Shown: positions 53,843 to 64,000 of the stretch, piece after piece
Layout of the letters: each line of letters opens with the position of its first letter
Position numbering within the stretch: the first letter of the stretch is position 1
Source: an uncultured Spirochaeta sp.
GTDB lineage: Bacteria; Spirochaetota; Spirochaetia; DSM-27196; Alkalispirochaetaceae
Reading direction: 5' to 3'
Assembly (NCBI GenBank): GCA_913030605.1
Contig: CAJWEZ010000008.1
Span: 2,266 to 66,265 of the forward strand
Length of the DNA stretch: 64,000 nucleotides
Position numbers and translations under genes: made by a program
The notes under the pieces: model-generated
Database searches by the model: none
What the model was told of the DNA's origin: nothing
Seen by the model: the letters and a program-made list of their open reading frames with translations, nothing else

Positions 53843-54308
53843 TTCCAACCGCATAGACGTCCGCAGCGAAAACCTCGAACCTCCATCATGGATGGGCGGC
53901 TTTCCGAGCTACGTGCACGCCGTGCTCGGGGAGCTGTCCGTAACCAACTGGGAGGTCTCGTTTCTGCTTACGGACGACGACACGATGGCCGCACTCAACC
54001 TGCAGTTCCGCGACAAGGAGGGACCGACCGATGTCCTGTCCTTCGCGGCGTTCGACGGCATCGATGCGCCATCACCGCAGGAGACCGGCGAACCGGTCCC
54101 GGCCGGCGACATCGTCATTGACGTTCCCCTTGTGGTGCGCCAGGCGGCGGAGTGGGGGGTTGATGCAGAGGAAGAGCTGCGCCGCGTCACGGTTCACGGC
54201 ATACTGCACCTCGCCGGTCACGATCACCGGACAAACGACTTTCAGGAAGAACCGATGCTCCGTCTCCAGGAACGGATTCTCGAGACGGTAAAGGAGAGGA
54301 TCTATTGA
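53826..54308 (+). CDS. ybeY: Endoribonuclease YbeY
   Basis: LN..FR.K.GPTDVLSF, GDIVI, HGILHLAGHDH. Confidence 0.95.
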   Translation: MTTESSSNRIDVRSENLEPPSWMGGFPSYVHAVLGELSVTNWEVSFLLTDDDTMAALNLQFRDKEGPTDVLSFAAFDGIDAPSPQETGEPVPAGDIVIDVPLVVRQAAEWGVDAEEELRRVTVHGILHLAGHDHRTNDFQEEPMLRLQERILETVKERIY

Positions 54309-55102
54309 AAACCCAGGGGTTCTTGCAGCGGCTCTTCAGCGGCTCGGCACCCGCCGACCGCGGCCACTACAACGGGCTCAACGCCGAGACGCGCAAGATG
54401 ATCGAGGGTATCAACGGCCTCGCGGAGACCAGTGTCAAGGAAGTGATGGTTCCGCGTATCGACTCGGTGTTCCTCAGTGTCGACATGAGCGGCCAGGAGC
54501 TCGTCGGCCGAATTTCCGAAACCGGGCATTCCCGGTTTCCGGTGTACAAGGATACGATGGACAACGTCGTCGGGATGCTGTACGCCAAGGATCTTCTGCA
54601 GTTTCTGACCAACGGCGAGGAGATCGCCATCGAGCGTATTCTCCGAAAGGCGTTCTTCGTCCCGGAGAGCAAGCGACTCGACGGTCTTCTTCGCGAGATG
54701 AAACGCCGCCGCGTGCACATCGCCGTTGCGGTGGATGAGTACGGCGGGGTGTCGGGACTCGTGTGCATGGAGGACATCATCGAGGAGATCGTGGGCGACA
54801 TTCAGGACGAGTTCGACAACGAACGCGAGGACATCCTCGAGATCGGCGAACACGCCTATCTCTGTGACGCCCGGATCAACATCGAGGATCTCCAGGAACG
54901 GATCCAGACGAGCCTTCCGGACGAGGACTACGACACCCTCGGGGGCTTCGTGTTCGACCTCTTCGGCAAGATCCCGGTGAAGTTCGAGAAGGCGAGCTAT
55001 CGCAATCTCGACTTCATCGTTCAGGAGATGGACGGCCACAAGATCCGCAGCGTCAAGGTCGTGGTGCGTCCCGGGGACGACCCCACCCGCGAGGAGACCT
55101 GA
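54305..55102 (+). CDS. CBS + CorC/HlyC domain protein (TlyC/CorC-like)
   Basis: VKEVMVPR, GHSRFPVY, VDEYGGVSGLVCMEDIIEEIVGDIQDEFD, YDTLGG; TTG start. Confidence 0.9.
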   Translation: MKTQGFLQRLFSGSAPADRGHYNGLNAETRKMIEGINGLAETSVKEVMVPRIDSVFLSVDMSGQELVGRISETGHSRFPVYKDTMDNVVGMLYAKDLLQFLTNGEEIAIERILRKAFFVPESKRLDGLLREMKRRRVHIAVAVDEYGGVSGLVCMEDIIEEIVGDIQDEFDNEREDILEIGEHAYLCDARINIEDLQERIQTSLPDEDYDTLGGFVFDLFGKIPVKFEKASYRNLDFIVQEMDGHKIRSVKVVVRPGDDPTREET

Positions 55103-55104
55103 CG

Positions 55105-58247
<3,143 letters not shown>

Positions 58248-58262
58248 GTTTCCGTTTCCAGG

Positions 58263-58303
58263 AACGGCCCGACGTGTCCCCCGGGATGCGTCCGGGCCGT
58301 TTT
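58263..58303 (+). terminator. Terminator-like hairpin between gap and pgk
   Basis: AACGGCCC (58263-70) pairs with GGGCCGTT (58294-301), followed by TT; short U-tract. Confidence 0.5.
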
Positions 58304-58340
58304 CGTGTCCGGCCATTCCACTACCGTACGGAGGAGAACC

Positions 58341-59519
58341 ATGGCTCTTCGAACGCTGAAAACCACTGACATTACCGGGAAGCGAGTCCTGATGCGGGCG
58401 GATTTCAATGTCCCCCTGAAGGATGGCGCCATCACCGATGACACGCGGATTCGCGCCGCGCTGAAGTCGATCCAGTATATCCTGGACCAGGGCGCCTCTC
58501 TGGTGCTCATGAGCCACCTCGGTCGTCCCAAGGGCGAGAAGAAGCCCGAGTTCAGCCTGAAGCCCGTCGCGGACCGGCTTTCTGAACTCCTGGACGCCGA
58601 CGTCACGATGGCCGCCGATGTGGTCGGCGACGCCGTCGAGGCACAGGCGCGGGCACTGAAGCCGGGGCAGGTTCTTCTGCTCGAAAACGTGCGGTACTAC
58701 AAAGAAGAGACGGACAATGACCCCGGTTTTGCGAAGAAGCTCGCCGCTCTCGGTGACGTCTTCGTGAACGACGCCTTCGGCACGGCACACCGCGCCCACG
58801 CGTCGACCGAGGGCGTCACGAAGTTCCTACCTTCCTGCGCCGGTTTCCTGATCGAAAAGGAGATCTCCTTTTTCCAGCCGGTCCTGGACAACCCGGAGAA
58901 GCCGATGGTTGCGGTCATTGGCGGCGCGAAGGTCTCCTCCAAGATCGCCGTTCTCGAGAGTCTCCTTCCCAACTGTGCGAGCTTTATCATCGGTGGTGGC
59001 ATGGCCTACACCTTCCTCAAGGCACAGGGAGTCGAAGTCGGCACGAGTCTCGTGGAAGAGGAGTACCTCGACACGGCGCGACAGTTCCTGGCGGCGGCCG
59101 GAAAACGCGGTACGGAGGTGATCCTGCCGCTCGACCACGTGGTGGCCGCGGACTTTGCCGCCGAGGCCACGCCGGAACCGGTGGACTCCCGAGAGATCCC
59201 CGCCGACCGCATGGCGCTCGACATCGGGCCCAAAACGATCGACGCCGCCAGGAAGGCGATCGCCTCGGCCAGAACGATCGTCTGGAACGGCCCCCTCGGC
59301 GTGTTTGAGTTTGACAATTTCGCCGCCGGAACCAAAGCGGTCGCAGAGGCGATCGCTGCGTCCGACGGCATGACCGTCGTCGGCGGCGGAGACTCGGTTG
59401 CCGCCGCAAACAAGTTCGGTCTTGCCGACCGCCTGGACCACGTCTCCACCGGCGGTGGTGCGTCCCTGGAGTTCCTCGAGGGCAAAGCGCTCCCGGGGAT
59501 CGTGGCCCTGCAGGACTGA
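58341..59519 (+). CDS. pgk: Phosphoglycerate kinase
   Basis: RADFNVP, SHLGRPKG, LLENVR, NDAFGTAHRAHAS, GGAKVSSK, WNGPLGVFE, STGGGASLE. Confidence 0.98.
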   Translation: MALRTLKTTDITGKRVLMRADFNVPLKDGAITDDTRIRAALKSIQYILDQGASLVLMSHLGRPKGEKKPEFSLKPVADRLSELLDADVTMAADVVGDAVEAQARALKPGQVLLLENVRYYKEETDNDPGFAKKLAALGDVFVNDAFGTAHRAHASTEGVTKFLPSCAGFLIEKEISFFQPVLDNPEKPMVAVIGGAKVSSKIAVLESLLPNCASFIIGGGMAYTFLKAQGVEVGTSLVEEEYLDTARQFLAAAGKRGTEVILPLDHVVAADFAAEATPEPVDSREIPADRMALDIGPKTIDAARKAIASARTIVWNGPLGVFEFDNFAAGTKAVAEAIAASDGMTVVGGGDSVAAANKFGLADRLDHVSTGGGASLEFLEGKALPGIVALQD

Positions 59520-59540
59520 CCGTCCAACAAGGAGAAAACC

Positions 59541-60293
59541 ATGCGAACACCGTTTATCGCCGGAAACTGGAAGATGCACAAAACCCGCGCCGAGGCGCGG
59601 GACCTCGCCGCGGCGCTGAAAGAACAGCTCTCCGGAGTCTCTCACCGCCTCCTCGTGGCGCCGACATTTACAAGCATCGAGACGGTTGCGACCGTTCTCG
59701 AGGGAAGCAACATCCTGGTCGGTGCACAGAACATGGCCGCCGCCCGCAGCGGCGCTCATACCGGCGAAATCTCCCCCGACATGCTCAAGGACGTCGGCGC
59801 CCAGGTCGTGATTCTCGGGCATTCCGAACGGCGCCACGTGTATGGTGAAACCGATGAACTCATCAACACCAAGGTGCAGCTGGCGCTCGAGGAGGGCCTG
59901 GAGGTGATCCTGTGCATCGGCGAGACGCTCGACGAGCGCGAAGCCGGCCAGGTTGACCAGGTAAACCGCAGGCAGCTCACTGGAGGCCTTGCCGGTGTCG
60001 ACGCCGGAGCCATGGGTCGGATTACGATCGCCTACGAGCCGGTGTGGGCGATCGGTACCGGAAAGACGGCCACCCCCGAGGATGCCGACACCACCCATGC
60101 GGCGGTACGCAGCATCATGGCCGATCTCTACGACCAGTCGGTGGCCGACGCCGTTGTCATTCAGTACGGTGGATCGGTAAAACTGGACAACGTTGCGGGC
60201 CTGATGGCCAAGCCGAATATTGACGGAGCACTCGTAGGTGGTGCATCCTTGAAGGCCGACACGTTCGTGCCGATTGCACAATTCGATTCGTGA
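59541..60293 (+). CDS. tpiA: Triosephosphate isomerase
   Basis: AGNWKMH, ILGHSERR, AYEPVWAIGTG, YGGSV, GALVGGASL. Confidence 0.98.
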   Translation: MRTPFIAGNWKMHKTRAEARDLAAALKEQLSGVSHRLLVAPTFTSIETVATVLEGSNILVGAQNMAAARSGAHTGEISPDMLKDVGAQVVILGHSERRHVYGETDELINTKVQLALEEGLEVILCIGETLDEREAGQVDQVNRRQLTGGLAGVDAGAMGRITIAYEPVWAIGTGKTATPEDADTTHAAVRSIMADLYDQSVADAVVIQYGGSVKLDNVAGLMAKPNIDGALVGGASLKADTFVPIAQFDS

Positions 60294-60300
60294 GGAATAC

Positions 60301-60681
60301 ATGGGTTTTCTTGGAATTCTGTTGATGGTCATTTTCGTGATCAGTTCCCTGCTGCTCGTCCTGGTGGTAATGGTCCAGGACGAGGGCGGTGACGGTCTCG
60401 GTGGTATTTTCGGCGGGGGTGGTGCGTCCCAGGTTGGCAACCGGAGTGGGAACATTCTGACGCGCATCACGAGCGTTCTCGCCGCTGTGTTTCTTATCAG
60501 CTCCTTTGGTCTTGCGTGGCTCAACCGCACCCCGGATACCGGGAATGTCGAAGCCGCGGCCCGGCGACTCGAGCAGCAGAACGGCGGTGCCGTCGAATGG
60601 TGGAACTCCGATGCCGCCGCCACGGATACTGCCACTCCCTCCGGTGACGCCGGGGCGATGCAGGACTCCAGCGGGCAGTAA
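60301..60681 (+). CDS. secG: Preprotein translocase subunit SecG
   Basis: Two TM helices, VMVQ...GDGLGGIFGGG, NILTRIT; follows tpiA. Confidence 0.92.
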   Translation: MGFLGILLMVIFVISSLLLVLVVMVQDEGGDGLGGIFGGGGASQVGNRSGNILTRITSVLAAVFLISSFGLAWLNRTPDTGNVEAAARRLEQQNGGAVEWWNSDAAATDTATPSGDAGAMQDSSGQ

Positions 60682-60687
60682 CACGCC

Positions 60688-61104
60688 ATGCGTGTAGCCG
60701 TGCTGTTTTTCGGAGGCGGAAAACGCGAGCGAACCGCTGAGATCGCTCGTGGTCTTGCCACCGGTATCGAGAAGGCGGGCCACCAGGTTGACGTCATCGA
60801 CGGCGACCGCGACGTGAACGCGAAACTCACGATGTACGAGTATATCGCCGTGGGTACATCGCTGGTGTCGCTCTTCCGTGGTCGCATCGACGGCAGGATA
60901 TCGGAGTATCTCGGGAGTTCCGGGATCATCGGCGGCAAGAAGAGTTTCGCCTTCGTCGTCAGCGCGCCGTTCGGAAGTCAGCGCGGTCTCCGCAGGCTCA
61001 TGTCGGCGATGGAAGCCGAGGGGCTCTTCATCCGCTACTCCGACATACTGCGGTCACGGGAGGAGGCGGAGGTTCTCGCGAGCCGCCTCAAGCTCCAGCC
61101 TTGA
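60688..61104 (+). CDS. Flavodoxin-like fold protein (degenerate FMN loop)
   Basis: VAVLF...T.EIA..LA.GIE..G..VDVI, YEYIAVG pattern; lacks the typical S/T-x-T-G-N-T phosphate loop. Confidence 0.55.
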   Translation: MRVAVLFFGGGKRERTAEIARGLATGIEKAGHQVDVIDGDRDVNAKLTMYEYIAVGTSLVSLFRGRIDGRISEYLGSSGIIGGKKSFAFVVSAPFGSQRGLRRLMSAMEAEGLFIRYSDILRSREEAEVLASRLKLQP

Positions 61105-61901
61105 ACACGCACTACGACATTCTCGGGGTCGATGTCGACGCGACGCCGGAGGAAATCAAGGACGCATATCGCCGTCAGGTCAAGGCGGTACACCCGGACC
61201 TGAACAACGGTGACCCCCAGAGTGTCGAGCGCATGAAAGCGCTGGTCACGGCGTGGGAGATTCTCCGCGACCCTATACAGCGGGAGGAGTACGACCGCGT
61301 TCACGGGGTCCCGTCCGAGCCGATTTCCGACTTCGACTACGCGGAGTTTCTGCGTTCACGTCGCGACGACCGGGAGTCCCAGGCGAAGCTCGTGTTCTAC
61401 GACCTCCTCCACGACAACCCGGAGGAGGCGCTCCAGGTCTACGATTCGCTCGTCGCTGCCGGTGATTTCGAACTCTCGAAATACCTGGGCCGCGAAGACT
61501 TTATGGACTGCGCGTTCCTTCTGGCGGAGGAATACGAGGACCGCGAAGAGTTTGACCGCGCCTTTCTCCTTCTTTCGGCGATCGTACGGTTCGAGCAGCA
61601 GCGCCCCTATTTTCGGCATTTTATGCAGGACGTCCACGAGCGGTTGCGGACCGTCGTCTGTTTCAAGATGCCGGAGTATTCACCGCCCGCTCACGTCCTC
61701 GATTGCCTCAACGAGATGATCAACTGGGACCTGCCGCGGAAAGAAACGGCGTTCTGCTACAAGAAGGCCGCGGAGATGCACCTCGCCATGGGGAACCGAC
61801 GCGCCGCGTTCCGGGCGCTGCAACGCGGGCTCTCCCTCGACCAGCGACTCGCGGGGGTAAAGAAACTGCAACAGGAACTCGGATATTTTGAAACCGCATG
61901 A
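61101..61901 (+). CDS. J-domain protein with TPR-like C-terminus
   Basis: HYDILGV....T.EEIK.AYR..VK..HPDLN...AWEILRDP..R.EYDR; TTG start. Confidence 0.88.
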   Translation: MNTHYDILGVDVDATPEEIKDAYRRQVKAVHPDLNNGDPQSVERMKALVTAWEILRDPIQREEYDRVHGVPSEPISDFDYAEFLRSRRDDRESQAKLVFYDLLHDNPEEALQVYDSLVAAGDFELSKYLGREDFMDCAFLLAEEYEDREEFDRAFLLLSAIVRFEQQRPYFRHFMQDVHERLRTVVCFKMPEYSPPAHVLDCLNEMINWDLPRKETAFCYKKAAEMHLAMGNRRAAFRALQRGLSLDQRLAGVKKLQQELGYFETA

Positions 61902-61914
61902 TAGGGTTAGCTTT

Positions 61915-62952
61915 ATGAAACGTAGATCCATCCTCGCTGCGGCCGCCCTCGCGCTTTTCGCGACCACGGCGTCGGCCCAGGTGCTCGACCGGCCGGTCGC
62001 AATCGTGCGCCTCACGGAAACGGTGAATATCGGCCAGCGCGAACTCCGCCAGCAGGTCGACCTCCTTGAACAGCAGATGGGCCGGCAGCTGACCCAGGAT
62101 CAGCGCCGCGAGGTCCTCGAAGCGCAGATCGGCGACGTTCTGCTGAACCAGGCCGCCGCCCGGGCCAACATTCGCGTGAGCCAGGACGAGATTCAGCAGG
62201 CGATCGACACGCAGCGTCAGTCGCTGGGCCAGCCCGTCTCGGACGCGCAGTTTCGCCAGATGGTGCAGCAGCAAATGGGAATGAGCTGGGATCAGTACGT
62301 GGAAGAGGTGACCAACCGCCTCATCCAGGAACAGTTCATCCTCCAGGAGGCCCAGGGGCAGTTCAACTCCATCGACGAGCCCACGAACCGCGAAATCCGA
62401 CAGGTGTACGAGGAGAACGCGCAACAGTTCACCAATCCCGCCATGGTGCGGTTCGACCACCTGTTCTTCGATCTGCGCAACCGCAGCGGCGAGGAGGAGC
62501 AGTCGACGCGGCAGCTGGCCGCCTCCATGGCCCGCCGCCTGCAGCGCGGCACCGCCGACTTTCAGCAACTGCTGCGGGAGTCTCTCGATGACGCGCGCTA
62601 CGCCGGTGGTGATTTCGGCTACATCATCCGTGGTGACCAGCAGGCAATTCAGCGGCTGGGGCAGAGTTTCGTGAATCAGGTATTTGAACTGGACGAGGGC
62701 GATGTCTCCGGCGTAATCGAAAGCAACGTGGGACTCCACATCGTTCGGATCACCGACCGTCGGAGTCCCCGGCTCCTCCAGCTCGACGACCCGCTCCTGC
62801 CGGGCGAAAGCACCACGGTGCGCCAGCAGATCCGGGCGTACATTCTGAACCAGCGCCAGCAGCAGGTGTTTCAGGACGCCGTGCAGTCCGTTCTCGCCCG
62901 CCTCAAGGAGGAAGCCGAGATCACACGCTACCCCGAAAACCTCGACTGGTGA
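61915..62952 (+). CDS. SurA/PrsA-like peptidyl-prolyl isomerase chaperone
   Basis: Signal peptide, SurA N-domain, parvulin motif GGDFGY...F...VFEL.EG.VSGVIESNVGLHIV. Confidence 0.85.
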   Translation: MKRRSILAAAALALFATTASAQVLDRPVAIVRLTETVNIGQRELRQQVDLLEQQMGRQLTQDQRREVLEAQIGDVLLNQAAARANIRVSQDEIQQAIDTQRQSLGQPVSDAQFRQMVQQQMGMSWDQYVEEVTNRLIQEQFILQEAQGQFNSIDEPTNREIRQVYEENAQQFTNPAMVRFDHLFFDLRNRSGEEEQSTRQLAASMARRLQRGTADFQQLLRESLDDARYAGGDFGYIIRGDQQAIQRLGQSFVNQVFELDEGDVSGVIESNVGLHIVRITDRRSPRLLQLDDPLLPGESTTVRQQIRAYILNQRQQQVFQDAVQSVLARLKEEAEITRYPENLDW

Positions 62953-62959
62953 GCCGACG

Positions 62960-63367
62960 GTGATTTCCCGACGGAAAGGGCGGCGTCTCGCCGTCCAGGC
63001 GCTCTACAGCCGGGACGTGGGAAACATCCCCGTCAATACGATCCTGACGTTTCCCTGGTACGACCGGGCTGACGATGAGGACCTTTCGTTTCCGCGGTTG
63101 CTGGTGCAGGGCGTGATCCAGGAGCAGACCGCCGTCGACGCCCTCATATCTGAACAACTCGAGCACTGGGACATCGACCGCCTGGCGCGGGTCGACCTCG
63201 CGATTCTTCGCATGGGGGTCTACGCCCTCCGTTTCCAGCCCGACATACCAAGCCAGGTCACGATCGACGAGGCGGTCGAGCTCGCCAAGGAACTCTCCAC
63301 GGACGAAGCGTTCCGCTTCGTTAACGGCGTCCTCGACGGCGTCCGAAAGCGTCTCCAGGAGGAATAG
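62960..63367 (+). CDS. nusB: Transcription antitermination factor NusB
   Basis: RR..RR.AVQALY, EHWDIDRL..VD.AILR, IDEAVELAKE.S...F.FVNGVLD. Confidence 0.95.
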   Translation: MISRRKGRRLAVQALYSRDVGNIPVNTILTFPWYDRADDEDLSFPRLLVQGVIQEQTAVDALISEQLEHWDIDRLARVDLAILRMGVYALRFQPDIPSQVTIDEAVELAKELSTDEAFRFVNGVLDGVRKRLQEE

Positions 63368-64000
63368 GTGAGGGAAGGGCGACGCGGGATCATCCTGTTC
63401 GCGATTGCCGTGGCGGTCGCCATCGCCACGGTGCTCGTGATCTCCGTCTCCCTCGGCGCCATCCGCGACTCGGTCCGCTTTTCCACCGCCATGCGCCGTA
63501 TCGACCGTGGCGACGTCACACCGGAATCGCTGCTCGATGCCGCACAGTACGCCCGCGGGCGTGGTGACTGGGAGCAGCTGCTGCACACCGCCTGGACAAC
63601 CGAGTCCGCCTGGCGCTGGTCCGCCGTCCGCGACCTTTCAATCCTCGCCGCCGACCATTTCCCGCGCGACGACCGCTGGCGCTTCGCGGCGGCCCTCGCA
63701 TCGATCCGCCTCGGCGACCGGGACGCGGCACGTGACGTCCTGCCGCTCGACGGCGATCGCGACACCGTCGGCGACCTCGAGCAATCCCTGCTGCTTCTCG
63801 CAACGATCGATCGCACCGACCCGGAGGGGACCCGCAGTCGGCTGGCAGACCTGGCCGCCGCCCCCACGGGCTACCCGATCCTGCGTGCAGTTGGCACCGC
63901 CGAGACGCGACCCGCACCCGATACGCTTCGCACCGCCTGGGAGCGGACCGGCGTGTCCGCCTACGCGGTGAACGCCGCCCTCGAAGCCGCCGCCATCGGC
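63368..64000 (+). CDS. Membrane-anchored hypothetical (TPR-like) protein, 3'-truncated by window edge
   Basis: My translation from GTG 63368: MREGRRGIILFAIAVAVAIATVLVISVSLG..., open as far as I translated; absent from the ORF track, probably because it has no stop within the window. Confidence 0.6.
   Translation, partial: MREGRRGIILFAIAVAVAIATVLVISVSLGAIRDSVRFSTAMRRIDRGDVTPESLLDAAQYARGRGDWEQLLHTAWTTESAWRWSAVRDLSILAADHFPRDDRWRFAAALASIRLGDRDAARDVLPLDGDRDTVGDLEQSLLLLATIDRTDPEGTRSRLADLAAAPTGYPILRAVGTAETRPAPDTLRTAWERTGVSAYAVNAALEAAAIG

Overview
GC-rich bacterial chromosome segment, most consistent with a free-living Spirochaetia (Spirochaeta/Alkalispirochaeta-like). The evidence is an spdEF-G2-like EF-G, an E-C-A-B-D-I-K V-ATPase operon, and the blocks murI-rsgA-mutS2-V-ATPase, uvrA-lptD-like, ybeY-CBS-TPR-gap-pgk-tpiA-secG and surA-nusB, which resemble the Borrelia/Treponema gene order as I recall it (not checked by search). 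About 55 CDS and one tRNA-Val(TAC); no integrase, transposase, CRISPR array or rRNA seen. The right half (about 32.8-64 kb) is core housekeeping. The left half holds the more unusual content. (i) An apparent operon of HD hydrolase, MIF-type tautomerase, GlnRS and an MIO ammonia-lyase with the tyrosine-specific LVHHL signature (p-coumarate producer), with no pyp or CoA-ligase gene in view. (ii) Two tandem non-canonical EF-G paralogues with complementary motif loss. (iii) An orphan crtB plus prenyl synthase pair behind a palindrome-rich divergent promoter region. (iv) An intrinsic terminator inserted between pdxS and pdxT. Across the window, ten genes have a -10 hexamer 6-7 nt before the start codon and no Shine-Dalgarno, which suggests widespread leaderless transcription. 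All product calls come from motif recognition by eye; no database searches were run.
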